A stretch of DNA of 64,000 nt from a virus. A program made the translations under genes and the position numbers. The notes beneath the pieces are model-generated. The model saw nothing but the letters and a program-made list of their open reading frames with translations. It was not told the origin of the DNA and searched no databases. Shown piece by piece: positions 9,030 to 18,475 of the stretch (positions are counted from its first letter, which is position 1; the number at the start of each line of letters is the position of its first letter). The stretch covers positions 63,600 to 127,599 of the IMG/VR virus record IMGVR_UViG_3300025840_003418; one strand, 5' to 3'.

Positions 9030-10127
9030 TTATCCCTTTAAAGCATTTATAAACTTTGATGTTAATACCATATCGTCATCTTGTGTAATCATACGAATTA
9101 ATTTTTCATAATTTTTTTCTATTTTTTCACCATAATTGTCTAGTAAATATTTTTGAACATTATGATTAGTTTTATATTTTTCTTTTAGATCGATTAGATA
9201 TTTGCAAGTGCTATATATAGAATTTTGTGCGTCATCTTGTGTAATCTCATTTAAATTTTCAGGAAGAAATTTAAAATTTAGTAACCAAAATCCATTGTCA
9301 ATAAGCCATTTATATTGATCTTGAGTCGTATATAGCATAAAAAATATTTTTGCTTTACCATATAACAAACATTTTAATGTTTTTTCCGATATATGTTGTC
9401 TGTGAAATCTACTGTCTGTATCGACACCATCAGCCCAATTGTGACCTACATCGTTACCTATTGTTTCCCATAACATATTAACAACACTAGTTTGGTAATC
9501 TGTATAAGATGATATGTGATTATGTTCCCAAACTCCGAATATTTCATAACTATTAATAACATCAGAAATATTACTACTATGCGATTTGTAAATTTTAAGA
9601 TCTTCTTTTAATATTTCTTTCATATTATCATAGATCATATGTCTAGTCTGAGACAATTTTCCGTTTATATGGAAAGGTCTGTGATAACATCCAACAAGAT
9701 TATTTTTTATGTCAGATGGATAAAAATTTAAAAATTCATGACCAAAATAATAATAAAAATAAAATAAAGTTAATCTATAATCATTTATAGCATTTTTATG
9801 ATCAAAAGAATATTTTGCGCCAGAAAGATATATATTACCGTTATCTAAAAATCTTTTTATATCATTATCTGAAAAGCTAGGACCTATCTTTTCGCCAGGA
9901 GTTGATAAAACTATTTTACTTTTATTTTCTTGATTAATAAGATCAATGCTGTTAGAACATTCTAAGTATTTTTTTTTAGGCCAAGATTTGCCAAAATAGA
10001 ACAAATCATTGTTAAGTTTAACACTAAAGCTACCTCGCTCTCCTACATTAACCTTGCCATTTTTTAAAAAATACATAATGTACCCTATTTCATTCCAACG
10101 GCTATACTTAAAATAATACTTGGACAT
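9030..10127 (-). CDS. Hypothetical protein, divergent member of the ET...SEK glycosyltransferase-like family
   Basis: YQTSVVNMLWET...ISEKTLK...L...GF resembles the C-termini of 11629..12942 and 14792..16168. Confidence 0.45.
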   Translation of the reverse strand: MSKYYFKYSRWNEIGYIMYFLKNGKVNVGERGSFSVKLNNDLFYFGKSWPKKKYLECSNSIDLINQENKSKIVLSTPGEKIGPSFSDNDIKRFLDNGNIYLSGAKYSFDHKNAINDYRLTLFYFYYYFGHEFLNFYPSDIKNNLVGCYHRPFHINGKLSQTRHMIYDNMKEILKEDLKIYKSHSSNISDVINSYEIFGVWEHNHISSYTDYQTSVVNMLWETIGNDVGHNWADGVDTDSRFHRQHISEKTLKCLLYGKAKIFFMLYTTQDQYKWLIDNGFWLLNFKFLPENLNEITQDDAQNSIYSTCKYLIDLKEKYKTNHNVQKYLLDNYGEKIEKNYEKLIRMITQDDDMVLTSKFINALKG

Positions 10128-11629
10128 CAATCACCTAATAATTTTCTTTTTAAAGTTTTCTTTCTTGTATTACGCAATTGCTCTACTGCATGAAATCCAA
10201 ATCTTTTTTCTAATAGTCTCTCATATTCTGGTAAGCTATTGTATCTATCCCATGCATAATCTCTAAATCTTAAAACTTCTGCTGCTGACAAATAATCTGT
10301 TGGCAAGTTTTGTGTTTCATATGCGTGTTGCGAGTAACCTATATACTGGTCAGGAAGTTTTACTCCATTTGCTTTTGACTGTCTATATAACGGCGATCCT
10401 GGATAAGCCATAGCACAGTAAAAACTAGCCATTTCAGTTAAGTTTTCTTTAGCAAACTGTAAGGTATTTTCCATACTTTTCTGCGTGTCTCCTGGTAATC
10501 CAAATATGTAATTTCCTGCTACTGCAATACCATGCGATTGAATATTTGCAATCAATGTAGTAATGTTTACATCTTCAAACCCTTCTTTGTATATAATTTT
10601 TCTAGCTTCTATATCAGGATTCTCAATTCCTAATGCGAGCCATTTAACACCTGCACGTCTTAGTATTTCTAAATGCTCTGGTTTACAAGTGTCTACTCTA
10701 GCATATGCCCATATGTTAAAGTCATAGCCTCGTTCAATGATTAACTCACATATTCTTACAAAATGTCTAGGATTAAGAACAAACAGTTCATCTGCAAATT
10801 TAATATTTTTAACACCTTTATCTGCTAGTATACCAAGTTGATTAACTGTAAATTCCGGAGACCAAAATCTAAAGCCATTCATATGAGATGCGTCGAGTTG
10901 ATCATTGCTAGATCTATTAATAATATTAATCATACAAAAGGAACACTTATACGGACATCCTAAACTAGTATATATAGATGCAAAAGGTTCTTTTATTGAA
11001 TTATTAGTCCAACTATGCCAGCCAGCTGTTCTATACCCACTGTTAGGATCTATTTTATTCCAATTTATTCCAGGCAAGATAATATCAAGGTTGCTTCTAG
11101 AAACAGGAATAGATGCTTCATTTAAATGTACACCTTCTGCATCCCTATATGCTATACCTTTGATGTAGGACAAGGACTTTGTTAAGTCCGAAGCTTGACT
11201 TAAATCGTGTAATGCTTGTACACCTTCATTTGTAAATGCAATGTCAATAAAAGAATGTAACTCAAGTGTTTCGACAGGCAATGCACTTACATGCCCGCCT
11301 ACGAATCCTATTTTAATATTAGCATCTAATTGTTTTACAAGTTCTGCAACTTCTATTGCTCCGGTCATATTTTGCGAAGAAGCGCTCGGTTGTGCTCCAT
11401 AGACAATAAAAACTGCCATTTCACATCTAGAGTCTTGTATCCTTGCCGCTGACTGTTCTGCAGTCAATCCTAAGACTTCGCAATCTAATATTTCTGTTCC
11501 TATACCTGCTGTTGATAGACTATTTTCTAAGAGTCCTGCCCAAATAGGTGTCTCTATAGCACTATCGGATGATGCTAAAGACTGAAATACTCTTTTTGCA
11601 GAATTTGCATGAATAAGCAAAAATTTCAT
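10127..11629 (-). CDS. Cobalamin (B12)-dependent radical SAM enzyme (class B methyltransferase-like)
   Basis: N-terminal B12-binding domain (VGGHVSALP, NEG), TSLGCPYKCSFC, FADELF, YARVD, LGIE, YIFGLPGDT, YPGSPLY. Confidence 0.9.
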   Translation of the reverse strand: MKFLLIHANSAKRVFQSLASSDSAIETPIWAGLLENSLSTAGIGTEILDCEVLGLTAEQSAARIQDSRCEMAVFIVYGAQPSASSQNMTGAIEVAELVKQLDANIKIGFVGGHVSALPVETLELHSFIDIAFTNEGVQALHDLSQASDLTKSLSYIKGIAYRDAEGVHLNEASIPVSRSNLDIILPGINWNKIDPNSGYRTAGWHSWTNNSIKEPFASIYTSLGCPYKCSFCMINIINRSSNDQLDASHMNGFRFWSPEFTVNQLGILADKGVKNIKFADELFVLNPRHFVRICELIIERGYDFNIWAYARVDTCKPEHLEILRRAGVKWLALGIENPDIEARKIIYKEGFEDVNITTLIANIQSHGIAVAGNYIFGLPGDTQKSMENTLQFAKENLTEMASFYCAMAYPGSPLYRQSKANGVKLPDQYIGYSQHAYETQNLPTDYLSAAEVLRFRDYAWDRYNSLPEYERLLEKRFGFHAVEQLRNTRKKTLKRKLLGD

Positions 11630-12942
11630 TACCGATATAGTTCCTCAATTTTTTCAAACAACTCTATATAAGGATTAGTATCTATAAAAGTTTTAAGATG
11701 TTCTTGATTATATAAAAGTATATCCTTACAATTATAATACAGATCATGCATGGTGTCAAGAGACATATTACCCAGTCTTCTAATTTCTTTCATCATTAAT
11801 TGAACACGCTTCTTCTTGTTATCTTCTCTAGTATATGCTTCGTCAATATACGGTTCAAAAGTTTTAAAACCTAACTCGTGCAACAGTTGTATTGCACCAA
11901 TATTTCCGTAGTGTATAAACGGATGTAAATTTACAAATGGTCTAAACGTTTTTTCAGAATTAAAAGGATAATCGTTATTGATAAAATCTGTTTCAGATAC
12001 AATACTTACATAACTATCAGTATACCACTGTTTATTAGTTTGGTTTGATGGAAATCCTGTTTTGTCATCAAAATGATTAGTGTCAAGTTCTATTGGAATC
12101 ATTGCATTAGCTTTATCAATTACGTCCTTAGGCATATCAGCACCGTAATGTTCATAAAGCCAATTTTGTACAATGTCTGTTTCTTCCTGCATAGGTGAAA
12201 TAAAACTTGCTAAACTTTTTTCTAATAAACCTGTACGCACTAATTCGTATAATAGATAATATCTATGCTTTCGATTTGCCCTATTTAAAGTTAAAAAGTG
12301 CTTACTACGTTTAGATCCATCTAGGTCTGCCTCTCTTACTATATCAGCAGTATAATTTAGACTACCAACAAACGGAAAGTTCATCATTTCTTTTGCACTT
12401 TCGTGTGCAAAGAACGTCGAACTTTCGATAACATGCATTTCTGTATTTTTTTGAATATTGCCAGCAACCATAATTAAATTTTTTAAATCCATTCCATAAG
12501 ATCTAAAATAGTCTTCTATTTCTCGTATACCGTCTAACATAATCGGATCATGCGTAAGATTAATTATAATCTTAACCTTTCCTGATAGAATTAAATTACG
12601 CATCTTAGTTGACAGTGTATCCATAAGAGAATAATGAATATTAGTATTTTTTGTATAACTGCCCTTCCATAAAACTTCAAAATGCAAAATCTCTAAAGGA
12701 AATAAGTAAGTTTCATTATCGTTAACATCTACTTCATCTGGACTTACTTGTTTTAATAGTCCTGGTTTAATTGTATATCGATGAAAATTATCGTGCCATC
12801 TAAAAGATACACCGACAGTCTCTTCTATTCTTTTTCTAATTTCTTCTTCATTAAAAAGATTAGAAGTTTCATATAAACAGGACTGATGTAACCCATTAGG
12901 TAATGCAATTCCATTTACCCATTTATCAAAAACAACTTTCAT
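11629..12942 (-). CDS. Putative glycosyltransferase-like protein (ET...SEK family)
   Basis: LNRANRKHR, SIVSET...NSEKTFRPFVNLHPF...GFKTFEPYIDEAY. Paralog of 14792..16168. Confidence 0.5.
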   Translation of the reverse strand: MKVVFDKWVNGIALPNGLHQSCLYETSNLFNEEEIRKRIEETVGVSFRWHDNFHRYTIKPGLLKQVSPDEVDVNDNETYLFPLEILHFEVLWKGSYTKNTNIHYSLMDTLSTKMRNLILSGKVKIIINLTHDPIMLDGIREIEDYFRSYGMDLKNLIMVAGNIQKNTEMHVIESSTFFAHESAKEMMNFPFVGSLNYTADIVREADLDGSKRSKHFLTLNRANRKHRYYLLYELVRTGLLEKSLASFISPMQEETDIVQNWLYEHYGADMPKDVIDKANAMIPIELDTNHFDDKTGFPSNQTNKQWYTDSYVSIVSETDFINNDYPFNSEKTFRPFVNLHPFIHYGNIGAIQLLHELGFKTFEPYIDEAYTREDNKKKRVQLMMKEIRRLGNMSLDTMHDLYYNCKDILLYNQEHLKTFIDTNPYIELFEKIEELYR

Positions 12943-13572
12943 TTAGAAAACTACCCATTTACCAGTACCGTAATGAGGATATTTAGATTTATAGTTATAA
13001 TGTATAACATCATTAGGTAAATCTCTTGTTTTATTCCATGTTGCTACAGTCGGAGTTCTTGTACTAACTTCGTTATCTTCTACTACAAAGTATAATGGTA
13101 GATCGAAATTACGTGCGTACTTATGGACTTCATAAAATAGCCCAGTTTCAAAACACATATCTCCTATAAAGCACCAAACTTTATCATCAGTTCCGTTATC
13201 TTTGATAGACTTAGCAACACCTAATGCTATTGAAAGAGGTCCACCGACGATTGCACTACTATAGAATTTTTCATCGATGTTACAAACTGTAATAGATTTA
13301 CCATCAAGTATTTCTTGTTCTAACCAATTAGGACTTAGACCTTTTAACAAAGCATGATAATGACTACGCCATGTAGAAAATACCCAGTCGCTTGTTTTAA
13401 TTCTTTTAAATATTTCTATCAACGAATCTTCATTACCGTTACTTAAATGAACAGGTCCTCTAATCTTAGCACCTTCCCAATGTTCTATTATTTTATTTTC
13501 AAACTCAATTAGATCTTGTGCTGTAAAAATGCTTTCTCTCACCTGAGGATACTGTTCTAAATTTTTAATCAT
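12943..13572 (-). CDS. TPP-dependent dehydrogenase E1 alpha-like subunit, short form
   Basis: GPVHLSNGNE, STWRSHYHAL, SAIVGG, TPP motif GD...EDN. Only 209 aa. Confidence 0.85.
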   Translation of the reverse strand: MIKNLEQYPQVRESIFTAQDLIEFENKIIEHWEGAKIRGPVHLSNGNEDSLIEIFKRIKTSDWVFSTWRSHYHALLKGLSPNWLEQEILDGKSITVCNIDEKFYSSAIVGGPLSIALGVAKSIKDNGTDDKVWCFIGDMCFETGLFYEVHKYARNFDLPLYFVVEDNEVSTRTPTVATWNKTRDLPNDVIHYNYKSKYPHYGTGKWVVF

Positions 13573-14275
13573 AATATTTTCCTAAATGACTATGTATGTG
13601 TTCTGCTACTACTCTGTGACCATCGACTGAAAAATGTGAATCATCTATAGGATAATTTGGTAAGTCTAATAATCTATATTTATTAGTTGAAATATATCGA
13701 CATAAATCAATGTTGTAATGAATGTTATCAAATGTCATCATGGTTTTACTTTCATCAGGCACTTCGTCTGCATCGTACAGAATCCACAATACATCAATTT
13801 TTTTGTTTTGTAGATATACAGTATATAAGTCAATATTTTTCATAAGGGTATTGAATTCGACTGTTCTGTTGTAAAAATATTTTTGATACAAGGTGTAGTA
13901 TCGCTTGATATTTTTATCGTCAATTTCTAAATTGTTAACTGTAACAAAATCTTCTATTTGATTTGAGTAAATCATTATACGTGGCAACAGAGTTGTTTGC
14001 ATAGTAACTAGAATATTGCTACCATCCTTAATATCTTTTGTGTGCTCATATACGTTCTTAAAAATTAAATCGTTCGATGCTCTTGGAACTCCGTGATTTT
14101 CTACTTCACAATTTAGCATTTTTGCTAGTTGTGTAGGATATGCATTGGCATACATATAATTTCCATATTCATTAGGAGGATGCTTTTTTAACCACCTATG
14201 ATACTCTGGTGAATTAAGGCCTGCGCCTTGTGTAAAACTACAACCAAAAGATAAAAGTTTATCGTATTGTTTCAT
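13565..14275 (-). CDS. SGNH/GDSL-like protein
   Basis: SFGCSFTQG, NHGVPRASN, C-terminal DSHFSVDGH. Confidence 0.6.
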   Translation of the reverse strand: MKQYDKLLSFGCSFTQGAGLNSPEYHRWLKKHPPNEYGNYMYANAYPTQLAKMLNCEVENHGVPRASNDLIFKNVYEHTKDIKDGSNILVTMQTTLLPRIMIYSNQIEDFVTVNNLEIDDKNIKRYYTLYQKYFYNRTVEFNTLMKNIDLYTVYLQNKKIDVLWILYDADEVPDESKTMMTFDNIHYNIDLCRYISTNKYRLLDLPNYPIDDSHFSVDGHRVVAEHIHSHLGKYYD

Positions 14276-14802
14276 CTATCTCTTTCCTGTAAAATAGGAT
14301 CTGTTGTAGGCCACTCTATTCTAAATCGAGGATCGTTCCACTTAATAACACCTTGATTCTTTTCGTCTACATAGTCGCCTTCGTAGAACATATTATAATG
14401 GAATATACAATCTGTTAGTGCATAGTGACCGTTAGCGTACCCAGGAGGTATTAAAACTTGATCTCTAGTCTTTTCTGATAGTATATAAGATTCCCACTTA
14501 CCTGTTTTAAGATCAAGAACAACTAAATAGATATCACCTACAAGAGCTTGTACAAGTTTATAAGTCTTATCATCATAATGCAAGCCTCTTAATACACCTT
14601 TGTAAGACTTACTAAATCTTCCGTGAACTTCGCTGTCTTTAGAAATAATTTCTGTTACAGGATGGTCGCTAGAATGATAAGTTGTAAAAATTTCTCCTCT
14701 GTATTCACGATATACAGAAGGTTTATAAATTGGAACTTGTTTGCCAAACGTATTAAGATGCGAAACTATCCATTCGTTCCATTTTTGATTTTTATAGCTC
14801 AT
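14272..14802 (-). CDS. rmlC: dTDP-4-dehydrorhamnose 3,5-epimerase family
   Basis: RG..., SKSYKGVLRGLH, KLV, IPPGYANGH, WNDP...IEWP, closing DR. Confidence 0.88.
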   Translation of the reverse strand: MSYKNQKWNEWIVSHLNTFGKQVPIYKPSVYREYRGEIFTTYHSSDHPVTEIISKDSEVHGRFSKSYKGVLRGLHYDDKTYKLVQALVGDIYLVVLDLKTGKWESYILSEKTRDQVLIPPGYANGHYALTDCIFHYNMFYEGDYVDEKNQGVIKWNDPRFRIEWPTTDPILQERDR

Positions 14803-16168
14803 TTGCTTTTGCTTCCAAGAAATTTACAAAGTCTTTAGTTAAAGGCTCTGACTCGTAAATCTTTATTAAGTGCTCTCTATTGTGTTCTAAAATATCTTGC
14901 ATTTCCCAATACCATGTATATATTTCATCTTCGGACATTTCGCATAATCGTTTGACTTCTGAAACTATCATTTTTAAACGCTTGTGTGCAACTTTTTCAT
15001 TATCATACGACTCGTCTATCCAAGGACTAAAAGTTTTAAATCCTAAATCTCTTAAATGCTGTAATGCACCCTTGAAAGAAAAGAAAAAGAAAGGATGATA
15101 GTTTCCTATCGGTTTAAAAACTTTTTCAGTTAATGATTTATGATCTCCATGATAGTATGTTTCTGTGCATATATAAAAATAACTATTTCTATAAGGTTCT
15201 CGTGTTCGATCAGTCCATGCACTTACAGTATTCATAGTAGTATCGGGCTCGTCGGCAAGTTTTTTTGGAAATAAATTAACCAATGACTCTGTTTCGACAT
15301 CGTAATCTAAACTCCATTCAATCTTAACATGTTTTAACATTTGATCATTTAGCGAGGTTTTTTCAGATAGATAACTCCAATCACCGCGATCTAAAATTTG
15401 TTCACAATATAAAGAATACAGAAGTGCTTGTCGATGATTTCTAGGACTTTTTATTTTCATTAAAAATCTAAAAGGACGTTTTCTACTTTTTTCTAACTCT
15501 GAATCCCATCGACCAGTTTTTGAATAATATTTACTACTGTTCCACATAACAAACGGCCAATCACGCACTTGAATCTTTCGTTCATGGGGTTCAAACCATT
15601 CATCGTATATCTTATGGCCATTATGTGTATTAAACACTAAAATAATTTGACTCGGTGGAATATAGGACGATTCTAAACATTTATGTAAATTTTCATATTC
15701 ATGTTTTTCGATATAATTTTCCTGAGCTAAATCTAGAATTATAGTACATTTTTTGTTTTGAGCATCTTCTAATGCTTCTTGCGACATATACTTCCAAAAA
15801 TAATTACCATTAAGTTTTGAAAATTGCCTAACTCCATGTGCTGCAAACTGATCTAAATGAGGACTTATCTTAACAACATAAAAATAATGACTACACTTTT
15901 GTTTTCCTTCGAATAATGAAGTATGTTTTATACTAGTTACTTCTTCTAAAGCATTTAAATTTGTTACTGTCCAACTGTTAGGCCAGTCTCCTAACTGATT
16001 ATTAAATATCTGTCTACTAATATTAGATTCGCTAGGGTCAGTATAGGCGTTAAATCCGTTGCTTATATTATGTTGAGAGTGCATGTAATTCAACACAGCA
16101 TGATTACTTTCTAAAGCATTAGGTAAAAAATATCCCGGGAAAACATAGTCATATAAAAAGTATATCAT
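14792..16168 (-). CDS. Putative glycosyltransferase-like protein (ET...TEK family)
   Basis: PRNHR, YICTET...LTEKVFKPIGNYHPF...GFKTFSPWIDESYD. Start is ATG 16168 (ATGA overlap with the upstream stop) or 16183. Confidence 0.5.
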   Translation of the reverse strand: MIYFLYDYVFPGYFLPNALESNHAVLNYMHSQHNISNGFNAYTDPSESNISRQIFNNQLGDWPNSWTVTNLNALEEVTSIKHTSLFEGKQKCSHYFYVVKISPHLDQFAAHGVRQFSKLNGNYFWKYMSQEALEDAQNKKCTIILDLAQENYIEKHEYENLHKCLESSYIPPSQIILVFNTHNGHKIYDEWFEPHERKIQVRDWPFVMWNSSKYYSKTGRWDSELEKSRKRPFRFLMKIKSPRNHRQALLYSLYCEQILDRGDWSYLSEKTSLNDQMLKHVKIEWSLDYDVETESLVNLFPKKLADEPDTTMNTVSAWTDRTREPYRNSYFYICTETYYHGDHKSLTEKVFKPIGNYHPFFFFSFKGALQHLRDLGFKTFSPWIDESYDNEKVAHKRLKMIVSEVKRLCEMSEDEIYTWYWEMQDILEHNREHLIKIYESEPLTKDFVNFLEAKANEL

Positions 16169-17556
16169 ATAGTATTTTTCCATTTATGATATTCTTCTTC
16201 CATTTCAGGAAACGTTTTAAGAAAATTAGTTCCACGTCTTCTATCATGCTCATCAACAAATCTAATTAAATTTTTTCTATGATTAATTACATGGGGTTTT
16301 GTTTCGTGTTCTTCGTCGATGTATGTTGTTATTTCATATATACGTCTAAACTTTTCGGCTTCCCAATTAAAGAATTTCCTATTAGCTGATTCGTACCAGC
16401 CGTTGTTTTCTATGTTATCGTATACTAAAGAAACCTGATCATATATATATCTTCTAAACTTTGCAGGCATAATATCAACTGCTTGATATCCAGGATGTCT
16501 CAAATAAGGAACATCAAGTATCATAGGCATGTGCTTAGCCTGCCAACCGCCGTATGTATCTTTAATTTCTAATATATCTTTAATAAGATTTTTAAAACTA
16601 AACAAACTTAAAAAGTTATATGTTGCCATATTAGTAAATGTACAATTTGGAACTTCAGTTAATACTTTGTTTATATTATCTAACCATTTGTTGTAGTCTA
16701 GTCCGTGTCTAATGTATTCTGCTTGTGCTCCTGTAGCTTCAGCACTTGTAAATATTTTAAATTTCTTAACCTTGCCTTCGCTACAGATTATTTTAATTTT
16801 TTCCATAAAGCGATTAAACACTCCGTCTGGAACACACATATTACTGTTGACAGCAAACTCTAGGTCTGGTCTAGGATTTTCTATAAGATCGTCTAGTACT
16901 CGAAATGTATCTTTAGAAAGTAATGGCTCGCCGCCTGTAATACGGAAATGTTTGAGATCCTTTGATACATCGGGCCACCATTTCCAAAATGCTTCTACAT
17001 AAGGATTGTAATCTTTATTTGGAATAGGCATAACACCTTGATCTTTAAGCCAATCAATACCGCCATGCGCAGTTGTAGTTGGATACGGTCCGTATTTCTG
17101 AACTTCTTCCATCCATTTACTACTAACTTGTGGTGAACAGTATGAGCATTTGAAATTACACACACTACTAAAACTTACTTCTAAATAACTAGGATTAACA
17201 TTATCATCCCAAGGTTTTTGAATAATTTCTGGAATATAAGATTCAGCCCAGGGTTCTTTGGACTTATATGTTCTATCACTTATTTCGTTATTGTCTTCTA
17301 CACGCCAACAATAGTCACACTCTTTAGGCCTATCACCTTCGAGCATTTGCTTACGTTGTAACTTCTTAAATTTTGTATTATGTAATGCACTAGAATTACC
17401 TTCTAATTCTTCAACAGGTATTTTGTGAGGTACTGGATGATGACAACTATGCGTCTGTCCGGTATGTAGGTGTAGTGTAACTTGTTTCCACTTAGCTACA
17501 CAAAAACTGCAACTAACAGGATCTAGATTTTCTTTTTTCCATACTTCAGGTGTCAT
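16165..17556 (-). CDS. Radical SAM protein with N-terminal Cys-rich (twitch-like) domain
   Basis: CNFKCSYC, ITGGEPLL, NSN. N-terminal CxxKW...SCHH...CxYCW. ATG 17556 follows a GAGG RBS. Confidence 0.87.
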   Translation of the reverse strand: MTPEVWKKENLDPVSCSFCVAKWKQVTLHLHTGQTHSCHHPVPHKIPVEELEGNSSALHNTKFKKLQRKQMLEGDRPKECDYCWRVEDNNEISDRTYKSKEPWAESYIPEIIQKPWDDNVNPSYLEVSFSSVCNFKCSYCSPQVSSKWMEEVQKYGPYPTTTAHGGIDWLKDQGVMPIPNKDYNPYVEAFWKWWPDVSKDLKHFRITGGEPLLSKDTFRVLDDLIENPRPDLEFAVNSNMCVPDGVFNRFMEKIKIICSEGKVKKFKIFTSAEATGAQAEYIRHGLDYNKWLDNINKVLTEVPNCTFTNMATYNFLSLFSFKNLIKDILEIKDTYGGWQAKHMPMILDVPYLRHPGYQAVDIMPAKFRRYIYDQVSLVYDNIENNGWYESANRKFFNWEAEKFRRIYEITTYIDEEHETKPHVINHRKNLIRFVDEHDRRRGTNFLKTFPEMEEEYHKWKNTI

Positions 17557-18475
17557 TATTATCCTCAATTAAAAATGGTTCTTTGTTTATTCTTTTTGGC
17601 ACTTGATAAACTGTTTTAAAAAATTTACTTTGTTGATCACTTAGTGGAGATATTGATATCGGAATATTTAATTCTTTTATCAAAGTTTTACCTAAATCCT
17701 GTATTGTAGACATTAGTGTTTCATCAGTAACTTCTAATTGGTTCCAAAAATTATTCAAATACGAAAAGTCACGTACATTTATAAAGTTCCAGTCTGTACA
17801 CATTGTCATATACAACCCCTGTCTTGCACCAAATATCGCCCATAGTCCGTTTTCTACATCTGCACCGATCATTTGCCAAATATAAAGTCTATGTAAATTT
17901 TGCCAATATCCGTCATACAGTTTACTTGTATCAGGCTTCATTCCCTGATCAAGTGACATCTTAACACCTTCACGAAAACCAGCACGCCATGCTTGCTGTG
18001 GAGTTGCATTATTATACACATCACTAAAAGTAGTATTCATTTGGATATAGCGCATGTCCCAACAAAAGTCAACTTGACCTTGCGGATTTCCTGGTTCAGC
18101 ATTTTCATGTGTACGCATATTGAGAACATAACTCTTTGGCCAACATTTAAGTCCGCCATTTCCATATACTAATCCGTTTATAACATTTTTTCCACACCAA
18201 CTAACAACACTATGATCTAACTGTGCTTCAGGTTTAAAATTTATAATTTGTTGTATATAATTAGCATATACTATATTGTCAGCATCTACAGTTATAAATC
18301 TATCAGTTTCGCTTAATTCTGCGCAAGCCTTGTGTGCAGCATCCGAGCCTTCTACTCCGTGGACACGTTTAGCCCATGGTATTTTACTACACAAGTCTGC
18401 ATAGTTTTTTTCTGCGTTGGGCTCGTCGTAACTTAAAAAGATAACATCATAGTCTGCTACTTTAATTGAATTCAT
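17546..18475 (-). CDS. GT-A fold glycosyltransferase-like protein
   Basis: YDVIFLSYDEPNA...GVEGSDAAH...FITVDADN (DxD), YGNGGLK, WRAGFRE. Paralog of 3823..4509. Confidence 0.6.
   Translation of the reverse strand: MNSIKVADYDVIFLSYDEPNAEKNYADLCSKIPWAKRVHGVEGSDAAHKACAELSETDRFITVDADNIVYANYIQQIINFKPEAQLDHSVVSWCGKNVINGLVYGNGGLKCWPKSYVLNMRTHENAEPGNPQGQVDFCWDMRYIQMNTTFSDVYNNATPQQAWRAGFREGVKMSLDQGMKPDTSKLYDGYWQNLHRLYIWQMIGADVENGLWAIFGARQGLYMTMCTDWNFINVRDFSYLNNFWNQLEVTDETLMSTIQDLGKTLIKELNIPISISPLSDQQSKFFKTVYQVPKRINKEPFLIEDNNDT

Noticed and set aside
6243-13572. Pyruvate dehydrogenase complex as a central-carbon AMG
   Set aside because: Subunits are truncated, no E2/E3 is present, and the context is nucleotide-sugar biosynthesis.
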